A stretch of 32,289 nt of DNA from Azolla caroliniana (taxonomy: Eukaryota > Plantae > Polypodiophyta): NCBI GenBank assembly GCA_043228905.1, contig JBHGNT010000351.1:1-32289 (forward strand), written 5' to 3'. The notes beneath the pieces were generated by a model. It did no database searches and was not told where the DNA came from. It worked only from the letters and a program-made list of their open reading frames with translations. Below are positions 24,499 through 32,289 of this stretch, in pieces; within the stretch, counting starts at the first letter, position 1; each line of letters starts with the position of its first letter. The translations under genes were made by a program, and so were the position numbers.

Positions 24499-25417
24499 CA
24501 GTAGACATTCGATTAAGTGTGCAGCCACTTAAGTGCACCATTCTATTAAGTGCGTTTTTTTTATAGAGTTCAAAATCTAGATCAAATTTACATTGTTTCA
24601 TGATGAAATTACATTACACCAAATTGAAACTATGTTCCAAACATTCAAATACGACAAAAGGAGTTTCTGTGTGTATGTCTATGTCTATGTCTATGTGTGT
24701 GTATGTGTGTGTGGTTACGAGTGTGTGATTTTGATTCTTGATTAAAGAACATAAGCAAAGAAGGGCAAACAATTCTTGATGATTGTGAATACTCAAGTTT
24801 TTGCAACGATCGGCCATGAACGCGAGCTCTCCTTCTCCATGTGCAACAAAACTTCCGTCTATTGTCCCTCTCTTTCTGTGTGTGCATGTGCCACGTGCGT
24901 GCGTGCTCTTTTCGTGCATGAAGAAAGCCTCTCTCCCTCCCTCTCTCTTTTGGTGCATATTGTTTTTTCTCAAATATGACAGAAGTTGCAGCCTGTGATT
25001 TGTCCATTGCTCCCCTACTCTCTTTTCTTGTCTCCTCCATTTGCACTTCAATTCCTCAAATCTGCTACCACTAGGAAGAAAACACAAGAAAAAAATTCAT
25101 TGCATCCAAGGAAGTTCATTAGTTTTGTTGCATAATGGATGTATTCCTCAGACGTAGCAAAAAGGCGAAAACTAAAGGTAATCTAGAATCGATTAAGAAA
25201 CTGAAGAGTATGTATGCTGAAACCAGAAACGTTTCAAGTCAATTATATCACATAAATTGATCACTTTCCTTATCAAGAATTGTATGATTAGAGCATAAAA
25301 GGAAAATATTTTAGAAAACCCTAAAAATTTCCAAAAAAACCTAAAATATTTTAGAAAACCCTTAAGTGCGCACTTCTTCCTTATGTTCAAAGTGCGCACT
25401 TAACCAAATGTCTATTG
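24499..25417. mobile_element. Non-autonomous Tc1/mariner (pogo-type) MITE, 919 bp, TA target-site duplication
   Basis: Left end TA|CAGTAGACATTCGATTAAGTGTGCA; right end reverse-complemented TA|CAATAGACATTTGGTTAAGTGCGCA (25-bp TIR, 4 mismatches). TA at 24497-24498 and 25418-25419. Subterminal TTAAGTGC repeats at both ends. No transposase. Confidence 0.85.
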
Positions 25418-28111
25418 TACATTGTCCATATAAATGTTATTGGATTATTGTTGAAGGATAGTTTGGACTATAAATCTACTTGATGTTGTCCGATGAAACT
25501 CACTAATGTGTGTTTGGCCTCGTCTTTCTCCTTGTCACTTCTCCCCCCTCTTTCCATCCTTGGGTAACATATCAATTTGAAGAATTTTGCCAATTTTAAT
25601 TGGTTTTCGTTTTTCTATATTTTCTACTATTTGTAAAGTCTTTCCAAATTTACAAAGTCACGTGAACCATTTGCATGAAGTCCAAGGTTCAAATCACCAT
25701 TCTAATACAAACATATTAAAGGGGATATCTCCGATGCAACCACAAGATTTTTAAATTGGGAAAATTGTCTTAGGTCCATGCATTGTAATTTGTGATTCCA
25801 TTTCATGCCAACGTTTTTGTATCATGTTAAGACCATGAAAATCACTTATACTAAAACCGTATAATAACTTTGTGTGTTTGAGACACAAATGATGACATAG
25901 GTACGATATATAATGTCGATGACAACTTCATCAACAATGTTTAGGGTGGAAATAATAATAAAGACACCATGAAACATTTTCCATAACCTAGACCTTAATG
26001 AACGGAAAAAGATGCCATGATAGTGTTATTAATTAGATCTCATGATAACCTTAATTTGGAAAATTCCTACTTTTATGGCTTGGACTTTCACCTTTACTTT
26101 CTCTTACCTTCCAACCTTAAGAAAAATCATACATTGGACTTTCTACATTTTGAGCCAGGATATTTTTCATATCGTGGCTAATGCCAAGGGTACACTCGAT
26201 ATTGCAACAAATATAAGGTATCTTCTTCGTACATTTCATAAAGCTTATATGTACACATGTGGTATTGTATCTTTGTTATTCCATTATTTGGCGAGTTCTT
26301 ATATTTTAGGATAAATTATTCCTAAGTTGTATCATGAAATAATTTGATTGTTCCATTTTGGAATATTTTACATTAGATAATTATAGATTTAGTACATCAT
26401 AAACACCCCTTCCACGATGATTTCATGCTTCTTTGTTAGCCACGTAAATGGTTTGTTATCATCTTAAGACTAACAGCTTTATGGTGTTGGAATTGTGGTT
26501 CATCTTATGTATTTCCTATAATGATGATGTTATTGAGTAAACCAGAATACATATTATATATAAGTAGATGTCGAAGGATTCCCTCTTAGCCACAAATGAC
26601 AGCGAGTTGCATATGCTCTATTGTGATAAATATATGACAAACTAATAGATACCAAGTGATCTATTCTAAGAAATTATTGGGACATCAACAACTAATGACA
26701 TGATTTGAAAGGACAAATTATGCAAGCTCAAGTTTTCGGTAACATTGGACGAATAACCGTTGTGAAGTCTCGGGGCACTGTGATCTTAGAGACCCAATCC
26801 ACACATGATCATTGGTAAGTATCTTAGCTAGATGCACGAGGGAACAATAAAATGCAAAGAGCAAAGTTAATATCTTAGTGTATTGGTGAAAGGATGATTT
26901 CTCGAGATTAATTGGAATCGTTGATTACTTCGTGATTTCATTACATGCACCATATACATGTCGTGAAACAACGATGCAATTCATGTGATAATAAATATTA
27001 GAAGATCCACTTTAAAGCAAAATGATGTTACAAAATGATGGTGTGGGCTATGAACGAGAGGCGAGTAAAAATAAAAGATAGACGTAGACACATAGTAAAC
27101 AAGGTATTGGGACAAAGGAGAATAAAGCTAGATTTTGTAGAAACATATCACAAGGCAATCACAATCGTTATATTTTCAAATAGATCATTGTTTTAATGTT
27201 GACACTAACATGGAGTTAAATGTTTCTAGTACAACGTGTAAAGGACATATGATAGTAAGGTAAAACAACAACAAAATGTTGGTTTAACACTACATTTTTT
27301 AGGGAATAATAAGCAACCCATATGATATAGAGTTCATAGCACCTAGAGCATGAGTTGATCTTGTTACCTCTTGTTCCCCATCAAGATTGAGTCAAGGTGG
27401 TGGTAGTTTTGACATCTAACCCTGTAAAGTAAAACTTCAAGAGTCAGGCAATAAAACTTCATTCTAGACCATGGGGGCCTTGACACAACAATAGGCATTA
27501 ACATCTATATGAAGATTTGTTATCATCGTGTGACTGTCATGTTAATGTTGTACCCAGATAGAAAAGAGAAGTGAATTGATAACGTTCTTATGAGGTCATC
27601 ATACACAATTGGCCAGTTGCGTGTCTTTCGGTTTCGTCTCCAAATGGATATGTATGCAGTAGTAGTATAGGTCATTTTAGATTTATTGTCTTCTTATGGG
27701 GTTCTCCATGTGCGCATCTATAGTGTTTCTTAGATGAATCTATTAACAAGTCACTCTCTCATCAATGCTTCAATTTCAAACCCACGTTAGGCTTGGTGGT
27801 ACATATCGGGGCTCCATATGAAGTTCAAAATTTTCAAAATGTTTCAAAAAGAGCGAAAAACAGGCCAATAAATTACTCAAGGTTGTAAAAAAGAAGAAGT
27901 AAATACGAGCATGTAGAGTACTAATTAGGCGAAATTGGTGTTTGTTTAACTACAAAACTATGTAAAGGAAAAAAAAACCTTACGAAATATTTAAGGTTGG
28001 CCTAATCCGAGTCATGGGGGGTGTGACACATGTGTGAAGGGGATGGGCTTTAAGTTCCGGAAATACGTTAACAAACTTCGCATCGAGGTCACTCTGGTAA
28101 TTAAGGTCTTG

Positions 28112-28114
<3 letters not shown>

Positions 28115-28144
<30 letters not shown>
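28115..28144. repeat. (TG)n microsatellite
   Basis: Read directly. Confidence 0.95.
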
Positions 28145-28145
<1 letters not shown>

Positions 28146-28453
28146 ATATGTGTCATTATGTGTGCGCGCGGCATGCTTGGAGGGCTTTTGGCGAGTGATG
28201 GGATTTCAACTTCGGGGCTTCGAGGATCATGATTCATGATAGGATCTCTTTTTATAGGTTTTCTTGGGGGTTTGTTTGTGTGTGGACAAAAGGGATGAAT
28301 GGGATGTTGTTTCCGATCCGATCGACCGTGCTCGGGTCACGGAATCTCAATGACGGGGTGGAAAACCTACCGGAAATGCGAAAAAAGCAAAGCCTTGGGG
28401 GTTGAGATTGAGGAAGGAAAAGCAAAGAAAAAGCAAAGAAGAAAAGCCAATAC

Positions 28454-28461
28454 TATATAAA
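28454..28461 (+). promoter_or_regulatory. TATA box of the ART-like/C2H2-family gene
   Basis: CTATATAAAA about 120 bp upstream of ATG 28576, followed by a pyrimidine-rich leader. Confidence 0.6.
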
Positions 28462-28575
28462 AAGGCCATTTCTAGTAGGAGTAGAGTGGGTTGGGTTTAT
28501 GTACTCTGTTTTTTGTTTTTCTCTTCATTCCTCCCTTGCCTACTCTCAGGGCCTCTCTCTTTGTAGAAGAAGAAC

Positions 28576-29536
28576 ATGCCAACTCCATGGATTGCTTGGA
28601 AGAAGATCCTACTCTCTTGCAACCATGTGACATCTTCATCTTCATCATCAGTCTATGACCCCTGCCTCATCACACCCATTCACACTAGCAGTAGCAATCA
28701 TCACCCTTATCTTCTTCATGGCAAGAACCCTAAGAAAGGAAGTAATGGAAGCCATAATTCCTGTTGCAATAGCCTCAAGTGTGTTGTCCATGGAAACACC
28801 AGAGTAGCTCATAGAGGAGAAGAAGATGAAGGAGGAGGAGGAGGAGAAGTAGTTGTAGAAGGAGAAGAGGTCGATGAAGAAACTGAGAGCTTACTCTCTC
28901 CTCAACATCACCATCAGCAACATCATCAATACATGCAGATTCCCCAATGTCCAACTCTTCACTCAGGTAAAGCAGAAGAAGAAGAAGAAGAAGAAGAAGA
29001 AGAAGAAATGTAATGTAAAGTTTCATGTCCATTTCAGCATATATGGAAAAACCTAATTAATAAGAATTTGTCTCGTTTTTTTTTTGGTCAATTTGAAACA
29101 GTGTCAGAGCTTAGGGTTGGGGATTCTGCAAGAAGCATTGTAGAGATCATCTTCCGTTCCAGTTGGTATGAACCTGGAAACAACACCTGCAACGTTGGGT
29201 TGGGCCCTGATGGCCCTCCAGGGGTGAAAGCAGAGGCCATCTTCAAGGTCCACAACCATCCCACTGTTGTGGCAAGATTTGAAGAGTATAGAGCCATGGT
29301 GAAAGGCAAAGCATTATTACAATCTCATCATCACCATCACCATCACCATCACCATCACAATGGTAGTAGCAGCAAGACAAGTTCTTCTAAGAAGAATTCA
29401 AGGTGCCTAGTTGATGGGAATGAGCTACTCCGATTCTACTGCACAACTACCTCATGCAACATGGGCAAAACACCATATGGAACTTATCTATCGGCATCAT
29501 CTTCATCTTCATCTTCATCATCATCAACACCACCAC

Positions 29537-29569
<33 letters not shown>

Positions 29570-30006
29570 GCACACACATGTCATTGACATCGTCGTTATG
29601 TATGCTCCCATCATGTGGTGTGTGCCACATACTCCGCCATGGGTTCCCGGCTAGGGGTCATCCTGGGATCCATACGAGTGCGACTAGCCGAGGTGCCCAC
29701 GATGCGGCTGTCTCACATGGTTTCGGCGGTGGCGGTCATAGTAGTCACGAAAGTAAAGAGAACATTGCAAGAAAAGATGGAAAGGTCACTAAGTTAGCAA
29801 TGATCGTGTGCAGGGTGATAGCGGGGCGGGTTAAGAAGATGGGTCATGTGGAAGATGATGAAGACGATGAGACTGAAAAGAACATTGTATCATACGACTC
29901 AGTATCTGGTAACCAATCCAACCCTAATTTGGAAGAGCTTCTAGTGTTCAATGCTAGAGCAGTCTTGCCTTGCTTTATGGTCATGTACTCAACTACTCTT
30001 TGTTGA
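28576..30006 (+). CDS. Plant 'C2H2-like zinc finger' family protein with PARP/ADP-ribosyltransferase-like C-terminal domain (At1g75710/At4g27240-like), 2 exons, ~431 aa
   Basis: Exons 28576-28966 and 29102-30006 (CAG|GTAAAG ... AAACAG|TG, phase 1) give LHSVSELRVGDSARSIVEIIFRSSW. Family motifs: W..WKK.L.C...VYDP, VVHGNTRVAHR, KVHN...RFEEYR..VK, RCLVDGNELLRF, LC....CGVCHILRHGF, AMIVCRVIAGRV, YDSV, NLEELLVFNARAVLPCF. Confidence 0.92.
28975..29008. repeat. (GAA)n microsatellite inside the 135-bp intron
   Basis: Read directly; lies just after the GT donor at 28967. Confidence 0.9.
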
Positions 30007-30094
30007 TGTCTTTGGATAAAATCAAGTTAAACAAAGAGAAAACAGAAACTCAAAAAAACTTTCTTAGAATCTAGCTTTTCTTATACTATACAAA

Positions 30095-30121
30095 GAAGAA
30101 GAAGAAGAAGAAGAAGAAGAA
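30095..30121. repeat. (GAA)n microsatellite in probable 3' UTR
   Basis: Read directly. Confidence 0.9.
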
Positions 30122-31025
30122 ATTCTACTAAATCTACTGTCATTTTTACTGATTTTAGAAAACTTCTGACACTATTATGTTGGATTGGATGGGAGTGATG
30201 GTTTTTCAATGCAGTGTAATAGAGCAAGCCAAGAGATCAATTGTATATTTTGTTTTGCACCAATGTATGTACATAATCCACCACCACTAACTCTCTTTTT
30301 TTCTCTCCTTCTCTTTTCTTCTCATGCATTGCTCTGGTGTCTGGCCTTGGGCCTCTAATTCAAAGCTTGCTATGCTATTGAAAATAGTGCCTTGCAACTC
30401 TTTTCGTGTTCTAATCGATTTGGTTCTCCCTAAAGCTACTACAAAAGTTGTGATTTTATGAGTGCTTATGATTTTAGAGCATCCAACATGCAAGTGGTGT
30501 AATTTCTAGCAGGTTACGACTATTAGCACACTAGAACTTTAGTAGGGTGGTTTAGGGGACAATGTGTGTTTTTAGATGGGTGCCGAGTAGGCAATGCTTG
30601 ATTTTTACATATTGAGTGGTTGGGTGGTTGGGTGGAGGTTTGATGCCACATTGCTTTTGTACATGAGTGAGATAGTGTAAGTAGAGCTTTGAGCTATGAG
30701 TTGGTTATGGACTTGCAAAGATTCGTTTGAAAAAGGCTATGAATAAGGTATGATTTACTTCTGCATATATGTATGCTGGTCACTGTTATCAATAAAGCTT
30801 AATTAAGGATTTGCAATGTTCATGGATTGTAGATGTGCATGTAAGTTTTAGTTCCCTAATAACTTGAATGATTGTACAAATGTTTCTCTTAGACTCTCGG
30901 TTGAAGTTCAATAAATCTTGGACGTAACCATGGAAAATTAACAAAAGTTATTGGTGCATAGGTATGTAGTCGTGTGGAAGTGAGAACTTTATTGAATTTT
31001 CTGTAGGCCTAGTTTCTTCATAATC

Positions 31026-31191
31026 ATCTAGCTTTATGGTGCGCGTAAGCATGTAATTCAAAATAAAGTCTACCTTCTTCATACGTTCATTATTGATTTT
31101 GTGGTAGGCATAGCTACTTAATAATCAAGTATCTAGCTTTAAAGTGTACGTAAGCATGTGATTCAAAATAAAGTATACCCCCTTTCATACG
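31026..31191. repeat. Diverged ~60-bp direct repeat with 105-bp period
   Basis: ATCTAGCTTTA..GTG..CGTAAGCATGT.ATTCAAAATAAAGT.TACC...TTCATACG at 31026-31085 and 31131-31191. Confidence 0.85.
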
Positions 31192-32289
31192 AATTTTGAA
31201 TAGGGTATGATTGTAAGTAAGCATATTGATGAAACCAATTCAGACAGGCAAAGTCTAGTTCGTTGGCTTGGTTGGTTGAAAACTCTTGAGTCATGTCATT
31301 TTGTCTATTTGTTTTGAGAAGCCTAGTCTAAAAAGTTTTAGTAAGAATCCTCAACTTTGTTCAAAAATGGGATAAAAATAAGAGTGCCATTTTCGAAAAC
31401 AACTTCATTGTCTTGATTTTCCTATTCCATTATCATGCGACAAACGATATTTTGAAACCTTGGTGGGGTGAGAGGGGGGGGGGGGGGGGGGGGATGAAGA
31501 GGTTGTGGAGTTAGACAAGCACAAAAATAGAGCATGCCAATTTTTGTTTCATACCTTAGCCAAACGTATCAAGAAAATAGTGAGAGGAGGCAAATGCATG
31601 TATGCCGATATGGAAACTAACATTAATTATCCAACTTCATTTTCAAGCATGTGATCCAACAATATAATCTCAGACATCAAATTGACCGCAATACTAAGTT
31701 GATCTTGATTAACTCAAAGTACAAGCAAAATAATTGGCCGTATCCATATCCATGTTTCACTTTTACTTGGGCAAGGCCTTCGGAGTTTGTAACCATTTAC
31801 TCCATGTCTTCTATCTAATATTTGTTTATTTGCGTTAATAACCAACCAAATGTATAGATTTTCAGCGAACGTTGTTTTTTTCCGGGATTGTCCAAAGGAC
31901 AATGCCAATACCTCGGCCCAAAGGGCAATTGACATTTATTGAAGGTGTTGTTTTTTTCTCAATGAAAAATTGAAACTCCCCTTCTTCCTCTTTTTCCGAT
32001 TTTGAACTTCGACTTAACAATTTCTTATAAGTTCGTCTTTGTTCATTTTCTCTCTCTTACACTATCTCACAATGATATCTATCTACAAATTTGTGTAGGT
32101 ATAGGTTTGTTAAAGTTTCCCACTTCTCTCTCATGCAATAACTTGGGCTCTTTATTAGCACTATCATTTCCTGTAGATTTGTTAAGTTTTCCCTTCTCTC
32201 TCTTGTAATAATTTCTACTCTTTATTAGCATTGCATTGAACGAGTTAATGCTATCGTTTTCACACTTTATATTGCGGGAAATATGACAA

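Noticed and set aside
24614-25087. 157-aa and 133-aa minus-strand ORFs as a transposase
   Set aside because: Low-complexity, microsatellite-derived frames inside the MITE with no DDE or HTH motifs.
25900-27450. Possible decayed DNA-transposon coding sequence
   Set aside because: The composition is suggestive, but I could not read any motif series with confidence.
28967-29101. Two separate genes or a frameshifted pseudogene (ORFs 28576-29013 and 29068-30006); poly-Glu tail
   Set aside because: A canonical 135-bp phase-1 intron joins them and restores the family H.VSEL motif. The GAA run is intronic.
31473-31493. Poly-G tract (also poly-C at about 6906-6920 and 22552-22569) as functional G-quadruplexes
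   Set aside because: Simple homopolymers that recur in the window, have uncertain assembled length and lack supporting context.

Overview
AT-rich, intron-containing land-plant nuclear DNA; a fern or other non-seed plant is my guess from gene style, not something the sequence proves. I assembled three protein-coding genes with phase-consistent GT-AG splicing. (1) A 10-exon minus-strand DUF1350 alpha/beta-hydrolase with a plastid-transit-like N-terminus (At5g47860-like, about 444 aa). (2) A divergently transcribed plus-strand coiled-coil protein (about 677 aa from ATG 13969, or about 735 aa with three small upstream exons) whose two main coiled-coil exons are duplicates; I cannot place it in a family. 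(3) A two-exon plus-strand member of the plant 'C2H2-like zinc finger' family (At1g75710/At4g27240-like, about 431 aa) with a PARP/ADP-ribosyltransferase-like C-terminal domain and apparently no intact finger. Between and within the genes are a truncated Ty1/copia 5' end, a decayed copia pol in an intron, a possible Ty3/gypsy remnant, a TA-flanked pogo-type MITE, many local tandem duplications and a 44-bp near-perfect palindrome. I see no CRISPR array, rRNA, tRNA or convincing multi-gene novel system. The ART-like protein and the unplaced coiled-coil gene are the best leads.
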